A stretch of DNA of 64,000 nucleotides from Octopus vulgaris. Its lineage: Eukaryota. The position numbers were made by a program, and so were the translations under genes. Positions 51,898-64,000 of the stretch are shown piece by piece. The stretch lies in contig OX597823.1 of the NCBI GenBank assembly GCA_951406725.2, positions 76,818,001-76,882,000 on the forward strand, written 5' to 3'. The notes under the pieces are model-generated. The model worked only from the letters and a program-made list of their open reading frames with translations. It did no database searches and was not told the DNA's origin. How positions within the stretch are numbered: the stretch's first letter is position 1; every line of letters starts with the position of its first letter.

Positions 51898-52075
51898 TTA
51901 ACCCTTAGACGGCTGATATCTTTAACTAATGTTCCATTATGGAACAGCAGACATCATCAGCTGATGTTTCAAAAATTTTATATGGATACGGACGTCATCA
52001 AAGAAAAGTGAATATTTTACAACACTTTTCAATAATGAGATTATAAATTTTATTGTGCAAGAGACTAATAATTTC
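51898..52075 (+). mobile_element. piggyBac remnant (left end plus transposase fragment)
   Basis: TTAA|CCCTTAGA; EYFTTLFNNEIINFIVQETN resembles the piggyBac F..FF.....IV.ETN motif. Confidence 0.5.
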
Positions 52076-52719
52076 AGTTTAGGCGTGGCTGTGTGGTAAG
52101 AAGTTTGCTTTCCAACTACAAGGTTTTTGGTTCACTCCCACAACGTGGTACTTCGGGCAGGTGGCTTCTACTATAACACCGTGTCGAGTGAAGCCATGTG
52201 GTTTGTTCGCGCGTGTTCGTTAGTGATGCGTTTTCAAGCGTTTGTGCGAGCGCGCGTGTGTTAATATAATCGGTGCGCATGGGTGGTAGGTATGCGTGTG
52301 AATGTGTGTGCGCGCGTATTTTGTGTGTGCGTGCGCAGTACTTTTTGAAATTGTGCATACGTGGGGTTTAATATTACGTAATGTGTGTGTGCTTAGCATA
52401 TCGTGTTTGTATTCGTGTATTTACGTGGTAGTAAACCATTATTAGCAGTTTATAGTGTTGTATGCAAGTTCGAGTGCACGTGTGACGAGAAGAGCTGAAA
52501 GGAAATTAAAATGGGAACGAGCTTGTGGATGGAGTGAAAGTTCCAAGAAAATATATGAGTTTTTGTTCCTTTTGAAAACGAAAGATGTAATCCTGTCAGC
52601 GACGTGACACATACATATATATGAATGAGTGAATGAATGCATATATGTATCTATGTATGTATGTATGTATGTATGTATGTATGCATGAATATATACATAT
52701 ATATATATTTATAGAAATG

Positions 52720-52767
<48 letters not shown>

Positions 52768-52779
52768 CATATATACATA

Positions 52780-52843
<64 letters not shown>

Positions 52844-53011
52844 TCAGAAGCTACAAATGTAGCTATGCATATGACAATGGCTACAAAATAAGCAAAATCC
52901 AATCTAGATCCATAGAAGATTTTCTGTAAGTGAGTTTGTGTGAGTATATATATATGTATGTATATACGTATGCATAATTACATACATTCATATATACATA
53001 CGCATGCACAC

Positions 53012-53044
<33 letters not shown>

Positions 53045-53269
53045 AAGATAACAAAGGAGGATGGTAAATGAAACGTTGAGATCAGATCTGAGAAGCTTGG
53101 GATTTGCTGCCAAGGTGTGGGTAGATCTTCGCAACACAATTCTTGAGTGGAGAATAACGACGCTAAAGCCACTATGATAGTAAAATGGATGTAGTGAGGC
53201 CAATATTAACGCTGATATTAACAGTGGTGATGATGATGATGATGACGACGAGGACGGTGATGATGATGG

Positions 53270-53305
<36 letters not shown>

Positions 53306-54639
53306 CAGATGTATAGATATAAAGAGATCAAACAGATGTTTCAATACATAGATAAATTAATACACATACATAAAGTCCTAAATATGGATGACTGAACTAT
53401 TCAGATAGAAATTCGAAGAAAAAGAGACAGCGATAAGTAAAATATATATATATATAATACAATAAAATAAAAAGAAAGCAAAGCAAATAAGATGGGAAAA
53501 GAATAATACAGCAGTAAACTGAGAAACGTAAGAGTAAGAGAAAGAAAAAAGATTTTATAGAAGATGAAAAACCAATAATAAATTCATAAAAGCAGAATAG
53601 AGAGAAAAAAATGAAAGATAACGAAAGAGAAATAAGAAATGAGAAATAGTTGAGTGGACACAAAAAATAATGGCGAAGGAATAGGGATAAAAGACAAAGA
53701 AAGAAAGAGAAAAAGAAAGAAGGAAAGAAAGGAAAGGAAAAGAAGAGAAGAGAAATAAAGAAAGAATGAAGGAGGGTGAGAGGCGGAGAGATGAAAAATG
53801 AAAAATGGAAAGAGAAAGTAATATATTGAACTGAAAAGATAGTAATGGCCAGATTAACAAAGAATTTAACATATGAACTGAGAGAAGAAATTCTTACTGT
53901 CTCTTTTAGTTATGCATAACAGGTGCAGCAGCGAATTCTGGCAAATTCTATTTGACTGAAGGCATTACTAAAGTCTAAGATAAAGAAACAAAACAAAAAA
54001 AAAAACAAAGAAAAAAACATAGAAAAAAAAAGCAAGTTATTCTATCTAGCTGTCTCTTCTGAGCTGAGGCAGCAGACAATATTCACTACTTGAACTGACT
54101 TTGATTCGAGTCTCTTCAAATGGAATTGTTTTAGTTTTAAAGTGCTTCTTGTACGACAATTTCTTGGAAAATATGTTTTTGCGATCGTCATTGCAAATTT
54201 TTGTGTCGTCGTTGTTGTATTTGTTGTTATTGCTGTTGTTGCTGTTGTTGTTGTTGTTGCTGTTGTTGTTGTTTAACCCCCAGTCAGTCGGAGAAAATTG
54301 TTTTTTAACCTATTATTATTAAAGGTATTTCAGAAACATCGTATCTAGTTTTACGTTTACCTAATGTAATCTTTTTTGAAAAGTAACAAAGAGAATTCTA
54401 GTGAGCGACTGGAGGGAGATTGAACAGATATATCTAATAACCATTGAGACTCTCGTTAACCTGTTACGTTTTATCGCCGTTTGCCATGATAAAATGGCCA
54501 ACTAACAGCTAAGTCTACAGTAGACGTTTTCATCTTTTATTTAACGCAGCAGTTTTCAAACTGCGTCTAGCAAAATCAGTCTAAGACCTTCACAGGAGTT
54601 CTCAACCATTTTTTTTACCTAAGGATCCCTTTAATTACT

Positions 54640-55331
54640 ATTCTTATTTCTTTATTGCCCACAAGGGGCTAAACATAGAGGGGACAAACAAGGACAAACA
54701 AAGGGATTAAGTCGATTACATCGACCCCCAGTGCGTAACTGGTACTTAATTTATCGCTGGGTGAAATGCTTAGAGGTGTTTCGTCTGCCGTTACGTTCTG
54801 AGTTCAAATTACTATTCTTATTTCTTTATTGCCCCCAAGGGGCTAAACATAGAGGGGACAAACAAGGACAAACAAAGGGATTAAGTCGATTACATCGACC
54901 CCAGTGCGTAACTGGTACTTAATTTATCGCTGGGTGAAATGCTTAGAGGTGTTTCGTCAACCGTTACGTTCTGAGTTCAAATTCCGCCGAGGTCGACTTT
55001 GCCTTTCATCCTTTCAGGGTCGATTAAATAAGTGCCAGTTGCGCACTGGGGTCGATATAATCGACTTGATCCGTTTGTCTGTCCTCGTTTGTCCCTTCTG
55101 TATTTAGCCCCTTGAGGGTAATAAAGAAATAGGTATTTCGTCTGCTGTTACGTTCTGAGTTCAAATTCCGCCGAAGTCGACTTTGCCTTTCATCCTTTCG
55201 GGGTCGATAAATTAAGTACCAGTTACTCACTGAGGTCGATATAATCGACTTAATCTCTTTGCCTGTTCTTGTTTGTCCCCTCTGTGTTTAGCCCCCTGTG
55301 GGCAATAAAGAAATAAAAAAGAAAATAAGAA
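54640..55331. mobile_element. SINE family 2 complex: inverted 3' segment plus forward dimer, with a 174-bp tandem duplication
   Basis: Inversion junction TTTATCG|CTGGGTGAAATG occurs twice, 174 bp apart. Confidence 0.82.
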
Positions 55332-55879
55332 TCAATAACAGAATGAAAACCAAAGGACTTATCCCCTCCCCGAATTTTCTGGCCTTGTGCCAAAATTAGA
55401 AATCATTATTACTGCATGGTCTAGTCGATAGGGTCAGACTTGAAACGAAACAGTCGCATGTCTCATTAAGTGTGATCTGGGCAAAAGATCATCACCGAAT
55501 ATTATTAGATTGGGAAACTTTTCAGGAACTCCCAACTGCATTCTAGATTTAATTAACTCTAATTACTTTAAATTCTAGGGTTGACTTTCCTGTCATTCTT
55601 CACCAGAATCCTTTATTTAGATAATTGCTTTTTCTCAACAATGACGGCATAAATTTAAATAATTAAAAATATTCCACTGTTTACATCAAGTATTCTAACA
55701 AACACTATTACTGCTAAAAGTTTATGATGAAGTTCGAGATGCTTGCTGTAGAAGTAAGGAAGTAGGAGCTGAGAGCTGAACATCTCACGCTAGAAGATAT
55801 ACTTGATAACATTAGCGGCCAACCCGATATAGCATTAACGTGAATATGTTTTATTGTTGTTGTAATCGTATTTTCACGG

Positions 55880-55932
<53 letters not shown>

Positions 55933-56185
55933 TCTAATATAACGACAATATGTACAGGCTGCGGTAAATAAATTGTCGTCTAAATTACGCAAAATTGAAA
56001 AGAAACACTGGCATCTCATTTTAGCAGATATGGCACTACATAAAAATACTAAAGAGTAAGGAGAGTATCGTAGTTCGCTTGAAGCATTGTGTATTGTTTC
56101 TAAAGAATAAAAAGTTTTGACTGGTACAACAATGCACTATAATACAGACAATGGTCTATATACCTGTTGTAATTTAGTCATTCAT

Positions 56186-56228
56186 AGTCTTATAATATTT
56201 CGGAATAAAATTCCTTCTTCAGATATTC
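56186..56228 (-). ncRNA. Hammerhead-like motif, intact core and helix II, weak helix I
   Basis: Minus: CTGAAGA-a-ggaat-ttt-attcc-GAAA-TATTA-TA. Confidence 0.5.
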
Positions 56229-56327
56229 TTCGATGGAGTCGCTCCTATAATCGGTTTTCTAACAGCTTTTCGTATTATAGTGAATTGTTGTGCCATTCAA
56301 AACTTTTTATTCTTTACTAAAGAGTAA

Positions 56328-56400
56328 ATTTATTCAATAAAATTACCATTGGCTTCAACAACGGTCTCCAGACGACCTCGGAATCTCCTGAAACTCTTCT
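56328..56400 (-). pseudogene. C-terminal fragment of a Tc1/mariner-superfamily transposase
   Basis: KSFRRFRGRLETVVEANGNFIE*. Confidence 0.55.
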
Positions 56401-57496
56401 GAGCAGAAATTCTAACCCCACGAACAAATAACGAAAGGAATCGTAAATTGAAAAGCCACACATATTGATATCTTCACGATTTCAAACTTTGTGAAGCTGT
56501 CACTTAATTCTCATCAGCGAGTCGTTCTCACCCGAGGGTCAAAGAACCTACCCATCTCAAACAATGTGCGCGATGACCGTCTTTAATGCCGTGCCAAATT
56601 TAAAAAGGTGTTTGAAGTGAATGATAAAGCATAAAAATATACGTAAGAATATTACTGTTTCCACTAATATCAAATGGCATAGCATTCATTAGATGAGGGG
56701 GGAATTATTAATTAATAATTAAGGGTACTGCAAATAGCTCCAGCACGATAAAAATAGCAGTAGGCCAATTAATGCTTATCAGTGAAAATTTTTGGTTGTA
56801 GTCGCCTTCTGACTGCTATCTTTAGCGTGCTGGTGCTATTTGTAGCACCCTCAATATTAATGTGTGTGTGTATATACATACATGAACACACACACGTACG
56901 CACACACACACACACACACCTGAATGTCTGTCTGTCTGTATGTATGTATGTATGTACGTATGCATGTACGTAAGTAAGTATGTATGTCTACATGTATTTC
57001 TACATAAGTTATTGGATATTTCAACGGCTATTATTCGGAGATTCCTAAGCGCGAAAATACATGTCTAATCGATTCGAAGTCCGATTTATGGTGAACATGT
57101 GATCGATAACCTATTTGCTCCTAAACCCATAAATACAAAACAGAAATGGCCCTATAAGTCATCATCTGTCTCTATAACCTCTACATCTTGAATGAAATGC
57201 ATTTTGCTTTTACATATTACTCAAATATACGCACGCACACATGCAGACACATATGCATGCGTACACATACATACATAAATACATACATCGATATACGTAT
57301 ACATACATATAAATATGTAGACACATACACACAAGCATACATATGTATGTATGATGTATGCATTAATCTATATGTATATATATATATATATATGTAAAGT
57401 TAATCCAAACAAGAAAGCACAAAAAAAAACACAACGCGAGGACGTGGAACAAATATAGTATTATTGGACGCTCAGGAAAGAAGGAAAGAAGGAGGG

Positions 57497-57529
57497 TTTA
57501 ACGTTTCGAGCGGAGCTCTTCGTCAGAAA
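57497..57529 (-). ncRNA. Minimal hammerhead motif, intact core
   Basis: Minus: ttt-CTGACGA-a-gagc-tcc-gctc-GAAA-CG-TT-aaa. Lies in a ~200-bp element (57397-57605) related to 1674-1825. Confidence 0.55.
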
Positions 57530-57662
57530 TGTAGGAGAAGGAAAGATCCAGAGAAGGGAAGACAGAGGGAAAAAATCGCCAACGGTACACACGAGGTCAC
57601 ATTTTGAAAGACCGGAAGGAAAAGGGTGAAGAAAGAAGTATGTATGTATGTATGTACCTGCA

Positions 57663-58558
57663 CGAGGGTAATCCCAAAAGTAAGGTCTCAAAAGCGTTGG
57701 GAATGTAGGGAAACTGTGCGTGAGGCTATTGGCAACACTTGTGTTTGTTGCGCATGCGCCTGCGCCTGACCCCGCGCACGCCTCGCTGCCATGCTTTGTC
57801 TTGGCTTGGCAGTCGTATCTGATAGAGCTCCCGATTGACGCTACCGCCAAGTATGAAGTTCGCGCAGTTATTCGGTTTTTGAACGCAAAAGTCATTATAC
57901 CGACTGAAATTCAACGTCAATTAACGTAAGTGTATAGTGAGTCGTGCATGGTAGTCAAAAACGTCCGCAAGTGAAGTAGGGAGTTTGCAGCTGGTCGTAC
58001 TGAAATTCAGGATGAAGAAAAAAGATGGCGACCCTCAATTTCCGACGAGACAGTCGCGAAGGTTGAGCAAATCCTGCCTGAAAATCGGCGGATCACTCTG
58101 GATGATCTCCACATTTTGGATCCCGAGGTTTCTCGTAGCACCATTCATAGGGTTTTGAGTGAAAAGTTGCAATATTTTTGCAAGGTGTGCGCAAGATGGG
58201 TCCCACGAATACTCACAGAAGACCATAAACGGCAACCAACCTTTATAGTCCGGACTTGGCACCCGGTGACTACCACTTGTTTCCTAACTTGGAAGAGCAT
58301 TTAGCCGGAACGCTCTTCAGCAACGACGACGAAGTGAAAGATGAGGTTCAAGGCTTCCTTAACGACATGGCGGTGAGTTGGTATGACATGAGCATACAAA
58401 AACTGCCCCAGTGCCTACAAAAATGCATCGACCGAAAGGGCGATTATGTAGAAAAAAAATAAATGTTCAAACTTTAAAATGATGCAAACATCATTGACAA
58501 TGAACGTTTCTGTGATTTTTAAATATTTTTGGAAACTTTACTATTGGGATTACTCTCG
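57663..58558 (+). mobile_element. Internally deleted mariner (irritans-like), pseudogenised
   Basis: TIRs CGAG(G/A)GTAATCCCAA.AGTAA. Translates to EVRAVIRFLNAK, KVCARWVPRILTEDHK, YSPDLAPGDYHLF...GDYVEK; catalytic middle deleted. Confidence 0.9.
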
Positions 58559-59272
58559 TATATATATATATATATATATATATACGTGTTTGTGTGTACA
58601 TACCTGTATACTCTCACAACGTACCTACGCACACACTCATATACATATATGCAGACATACATATTTATACAGGTACGTATGCGCATACGTTTAAGGAACG
58701 AGCACAAACGGTAACAACAAAAAGCGTTACAAACGTACAAAATAAACCAGAAGTAAGCCCTTATCAGCTGTCTTACTATAGATTATAGCAGTTTCGACGC
58801 CTTTTATAAAACTACATTCCCTACGGGTAAAAACAACAGCTGGATACAATTGCAAGGCAATAAATACAGTGGAGAAGAGCTACAAAACAGGAAAAAATAT
58901 AGTGTTGAGTCTTAGCGACAGGGATGGAAGAAACTCAAGAATAAAAAATGAATGTATAGTAAAGGCCTAACAATTAGAACAGAAAAATTTAAAAAACGTC
59001 GGTTCTATTTGATTAATATATAATGATAAAGTTGAAAATTTATAAATTTAGTATTCCTTTTGGAGTGAAGTTTTCTGTTTGGGGTGACCAAGGCTGAAGA
59101 TTTGCATTAGTCCCACTGTGTGAGATATTGGGACCAAACACACACGTGTGTTTGTGTGCGCGCACGTGTGTGTATGGGTTTCAAATTTAGGTACAAGATT
59201 CAGTGATTTCGGAGGAGTGATAAATCGATTACGTTGACTTCTGTATTCAACTGGTACTTATTTTATCTATAG

Positions 59273-59500
59273 TGGAGGCGCGTGGCTTAGTGGTTAGGAT
59301 GTCAGTATCATGATCGTAGGGTTGTGGTTTCGATTCCTAGACCGGGCGACGCGTTGTGTTCTTGAGCAAAACACTTCATTTCACGTTGCTCCAGTCCACT
59401 CAGCTGGCAAAAATGAATAACGTTGCGATGAGGAACACATACGCCACTGAAACCGGGAAACCGGGCCATGAGCCTGGCTAAACTTTAAAAGGCGCATTTA
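59273..59500 (+). mobile_element. tRNA-derived SINE (V-domain-like body) nested in a decayed family 2 SINE
   Basis: GGAGGCGCGTGGCTTAGTGGTTAGG..GGTTTCGATTCC head; TTGTGTTCTTGAGCAAAACACTT body. Confidence 0.75.
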
Positions 59501-59670
59501 TATTATCATTTTATACTTATTTTATCGATTCCGAAAGGATGAAGAGCGGTGTCGACCCTAGCGGCATTTGAACTCAAAAAGCTAAGTCGAAAGAAATGCC
59601 GCTAAGTATTTTCTCCGGTGCGGTTACGACTCTGTTTGCTCGCTGCCTTCAGTTTTTGTTTATAAATTAC

Positions 59671-59766
<96 letters not shown>

Positions 59767-60635
59767 GGTGTTGAAAGAGTTTATATACGAAGTCATAATC
59801 TTAATATATATTTAGTCTCTCTGCGAAATTAGTCCTGATCGTATAAACCACAGATCTTTTTAGCACCGTGAAATAGTAGAGAATTCACTAGTTTCGTTTT
59901 CTCACAAATCATCGTGATTCACTTTTCTCCCCGCCTTTCAACGATAACCGCAGAATGCTATTTATCTAATTTTACGACGAAGTGGCGGAGTGAAACGGCA
60001 GCCTTGAATAAATTTCACACACACACACACACACATACATATCCTTATATGGATATATATGTGTGTGTGAATGAATGTACGTATGTATATCTTATCCATT
60101 ATTATAGATTGTATAATAAAATATAATATATGGCACAAAGCCATATATAGTATGGGAGAGTTAAATAGATGCATCTCATCTACTTAAAGCTACTGAAGTT
60201 GAAGTTAAAGTATCAGCTTTATGAGTTTTGTTTGGTTTATGGTCTCACATTTCCTTATCACATAAGAATTATCAATATTTATTGAGTTCACTGAACCTTA
60301 CTTGAAATTATACGCAACTTCGACGGAAAATACAACATAGATGTGTGTATACGTATAAGATAGTGAAGACGGGCTTACATCAATGTGATTAAAAAGTTAA
60401 CTTTACAGTTACGTACTCTAAATTTCAGTACCGCATCTTGGTACCTTACTCAAGTGTCTTTCACGGTAGTCTCGGATTGCTCAAAGACTTTTAGCAGAAT
60501 TCTATGAAAGGAAATTGTATGGATGCTCTAACTGAAAAGTTCATTCTTGTTACACACTGCATCACTCTTATTCTCTCTCTCTCTTTCTCTTTCTTTCTCT
60601 CCTTCTCTCTCCCTCTCCTTTTCTCTCTCTCTTAT

Positions 60636-60860
60636 CATTTCTTATTTCTTTACTGCCCACAAGGGGCTACACATAGAGGGGACAAACGAGGACAGACAAA
60701 CGGATTAAGTCGATTATATCGACCCTAGTGCGTAACTGGTACTTATTTAATCGATCCCGAAAGGATGAGAGGCAAAGTCGGCCTCGGCGGAATTTGAACT
60801 CAGAAGGTAGCGGCAAAGCATTTCGCCCGACGTAATAACGTTTCTGCCAGCTCGCCGTCT
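60636..60860 (-). mobile_element. SINE family 2 copy
   Basis: Reverse-complement match. Confidence 0.85.
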
Positions 60861-61028
60861 TATAAACAAACGTCCCTATGCTGGGATGTCCTGTTTATTC
60901 ATTTTCAGAATTTCTCTCTCTTTCTGATCCTTCCTCACACACCCCTCTCTCAATATCTGTCATACTCTCTGCCCCCTACGTAAATTTCATCGATATTTTC
61001 CTTTTTTCTTAACCCTCTTTATCTTACC

Positions 61029-61424
61029 CAGGGCTGGATTAAGACACGCAAAGGCCCTAAGCTCTTAAAAGATTCTTGTGCTCCCATATATATGTAATTC
61101 GAAATATAAATAACAATAAGCCATTAAATAATGATTTTTGTCTTTCAAAATGAGACAAAACTTATAGTAAGATGGAAAAAAGGGTTTATTTTTCTCTACT
61201 TCCACTTTATATTAAAAAAGTGTTTTCTCCTACTTTTTGTAATTGCAAAGACTTTGATAAGATCATCACTATGACACCATGAACACTTCGAATTTTATTT
61301 TAGCCAGTTTAATGTGATTTCTTTTATGCCGTAAGCTATTTACCATTTCTCTGGTCCACACACACACACTTCCCTTGAAGCCCTAAGCACGTGCTTATTT
61401 TACTTAATGGTTAATCCAGGGTTG
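61029..61424. mobile_element. hAT-like MITE, decayed
   Basis: CAGGGCTGGATTAA...TTAATCCAGGGTTG ends, with GCCCTAAGC subterminal repeat; no TSD seen. Confidence 0.5.
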
Positions 61425-61833
61425 ACTCTGATACTGGGCGAGATTCTGCAAAGGGGACAAGTAACGACAGTTAATTACAATGCAATTTAAAGAAAGTGGC
61501 ATTAGATCTGCTAATCGAACCAAATGTTAAGTGATTGTCCAAGTCGGAGGAAATGTATATCCTTTTATAGTGAGAGTAACAAATTATCCAAATATTTCAG
61601 CCAATTTTAAAGGTGTCTCTGACACATATAGGAATGTTTCTGCTCTACGTTTTACACCTATTATGTAGACTAACGTCTTTAAAGCAAAGAGGTGATAATA
61701 AGACAATCAAGATATTGGCCCGTGTTATTTTCTCTGAACTAAACAATAAAAAAGACCCTTCTCTTCGTTTGGTTTAGCTATTATATAAAGTAAAAAGCAG
61801 CTATTTATGATCAAATATATCATGGAATGACAG

Positions 61834-62171
61834 TGGAGGCGCAATGGCCCAGTGGTTAGGGCAGCGGACTCGCGATCATAGGATCACGGTTTCGATTCCC
61901 AGACCGGGCGAAAACACCTGGGTGAACCCTGCTGTACTCTTTCACCACAACTTTCTCTCACTCTTACTTCCTGTTTCTGTTGTACCTGTATTTTCAAAGG
62001 GCCGGCCTTGTCACTCTCTGTGTCACGCTGAATATCCCCGAGAACTGCGTTAAGGGTACACGTGTCTGTGGAGTGCTCAGCCACTTACACGTTAATTTCA
62101 CGATCAGGCTGTTCCGTTGATTCGGATCAACCGGAACCCTCGTCGTCGTAACCGACGGAGTGCTTCCATCC
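61834..62171 (+). mobile_element. SINE family 3 copy with 11-bp TSD
   Basis: CATGGAATGAC at 61821-61831 and 62172-62182. Confidence 0.85.
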
Positions 62172-62233
62172 CATGGAATGACTAATAAAGAGAAATCTAA
62201 ATATCTGAATATGCAAATTTAAAATTATACATG

Positions 62234-62475
62234 CTCTTTTACTTGTTTCAGTCATTTGACTGTGGCCATTCTGGAGCACCACCTTTAGTCGAACAAATCG
62301 ACCCCAGGACTTATTCTTTGTAAGCCTAGTACTTTTGCCGAATCGCTAAATCACGGAAGCCTAGTACTTATTCTATCGGGCTCTTTTGCTGAATCGCTAA
62401 ATTACGGGAACGTAAACACACCAGCATCGGTTGTCGAGCGATGTTGGGGGGTCAAACACAGACACACAAACATAT

Positions 62476-62570
<95 letters not shown>

Positions 62571-62734
62571 CGATGGGCTTCTTTCAGTTTCCGTCTACCA
62601 AATCCACTCACAAGGCTTTGGTCGGTACGAGGCTATTGTAGAAGACACTTGCCCAAGGTGCCATACAGTGGGACTGAACCCGGAACCATGTGGTTGGTAA
62701 GCAAGCTACTTATCACACAGCCACTCCTACGCCT
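62234..62734 (-). mobile_element. SINE family 1 copy with small internal duplication
   Basis: Reverse-complement match; AAGCCTAGTACTT..GAATCGCTAAAT repeated. Confidence 0.85.
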
Positions 62735-64000
62735 CATGTCTTTATTTTACTGACCCCGAAAGGATAAAAGCGGAGCTGACCACGTTGGAATTTGAACTCA
62801 CAACGAGAAGACGGACAAAATACCGCTCACCATTTTTGGCTGGTGTGCTGAAGATTCTTCCAGCTCATTGGATAGAAAAATAAACCCGATTTGAATGATA
62901 TATGGTCTGTTATTGCTTTTATCCCAGAAAGAACACCCTTCTTCTCGGTTACTCAGGTCGGGCTAATTGGTATAACAGGGCAAACATTGACACGTTTAAT
63001 TAATTAATTAAATTATTTTGTTCGATTCTTATTTTTATGAATTATATCAGACATAATGCAAGGAATGTATTTTTTGATAAGCACACTAGTTTAAAACTAT
63101 ATAGATAAATATGTACGGTTCATGTTTGAATGTGTGTGTGTGTGGCTTGTATCCGATCGTGTTTGTGTTTGTGCGTTGGTTTATCGTATGATAGGCCAAC
63201 ATATGAAAACCTAACACTCATAGTATGAGATTCAGTTTTAACATCATTGAAGCATCGTTTCATGCACCAATTAATCAAGGAATGTTCATGTAAATATAAC
63301 GTGTAAAATTTTATTTACCAACAGCGCAAATCATGTTCGTAATATTGAAATAAGACCGTGTCCTTTCTCAGAAATGATATTTTGAGCTCTCGGTATGCAA
63401 ACACCGTTGACAAATATTTCTCAATCTAAAGCAGCAAAACATAAATTCTTGAAAATTGACATCCTTAATGTTGGGCGACTGTTTATGTTGTAGGGTAGGA
63501 TGCTAATCTGTGAGGAAAATATTAGTATATAATTTTGAACATACCAGGGGAAAGGCAACATAATATCTGTAGTCAAAAATAATTAAAATGTCCAATTTTT
63601 GTTGTAATGGAACGAAGTCTACACTATTCTCAAAGATAAGAGAATACGTACAAAGAAGCGTTAGAATGTTGTTTGAATTCGTCAATGCAACCCAAAAGTA
63701 AATAAAAATAAATTTAAACATAACCATTAAAGCTTCAGTGAATCGATCCGACGAAGGACATGCTTTGTTTCAATTTATGAGTCTCTAGTCATAAAACCAA
63801 AGTGTGAATCGTTTTGGAGTAGTTATGCTGTTGCTTTTGAGCGTAGTGGTCTTCGTCCAGTGGGAGAAGTCCGAAACGTGGTCCTTTGCTATTCGTAAGA
63901 CCCGCAGAAGAAAAAGCATGTCAAACCCCGACACCGAGAGCATCGACGGATGGATCAATGTGCACCCAGGCTCAGCGGTTGCGTAGGAAGTCGGGGACAA

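Noticed and set aside
61834-61910. tRNA genes (also heads at 38630-38707, 43005 and 59273)
   Set aside because: tRNA-like A/B boxes continue into SINE bodies, some with TSDs; no complete cloverleaf evident.

Overview
AT-rich, repeat-saturated eukaryotic DNA. The SINE families and very dense (TA)n/(TATG)n/(AAT)n microsatellites look like a cephalopod (Octopus-type) genome; this is inferred, not verified. I find no intact host protein-coding gene, and most entries in the ORF track are microsatellite or SINE artefacts. Supported content: (1) three tRNA-derived SINE lineages, about 30 copies, several with long TSDs and some multimeric; (2) non-autonomous Helitrons, including a head-to-tail concatemer at the window start; (3) a near full-length pseudogenised DD34E Tc1 element nested in a SINE; (4) two internally deleted mariners; (5) piggyBac-, Merlin-, pogo- and hAT-like MITEs; (6) several decayed Penelope-like (PLE) RT/GIY-YIG remnants; (7) a 38-bp minisatellite derived from a SINE. 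The most notable signal is roughly a dozen type-I hammerhead-ribozyme-like motifs (CUGANGA...GAAA...UH with a palindromic helix III). Several have intact cores, and they often sit in short inverted-repeat cassettes or beside (TA)n tracts, consistent with PLE pseudo-LTR or retrozyme-like mini-elements. All alignments were done by eye, so boundaries of decayed elements are approximate.
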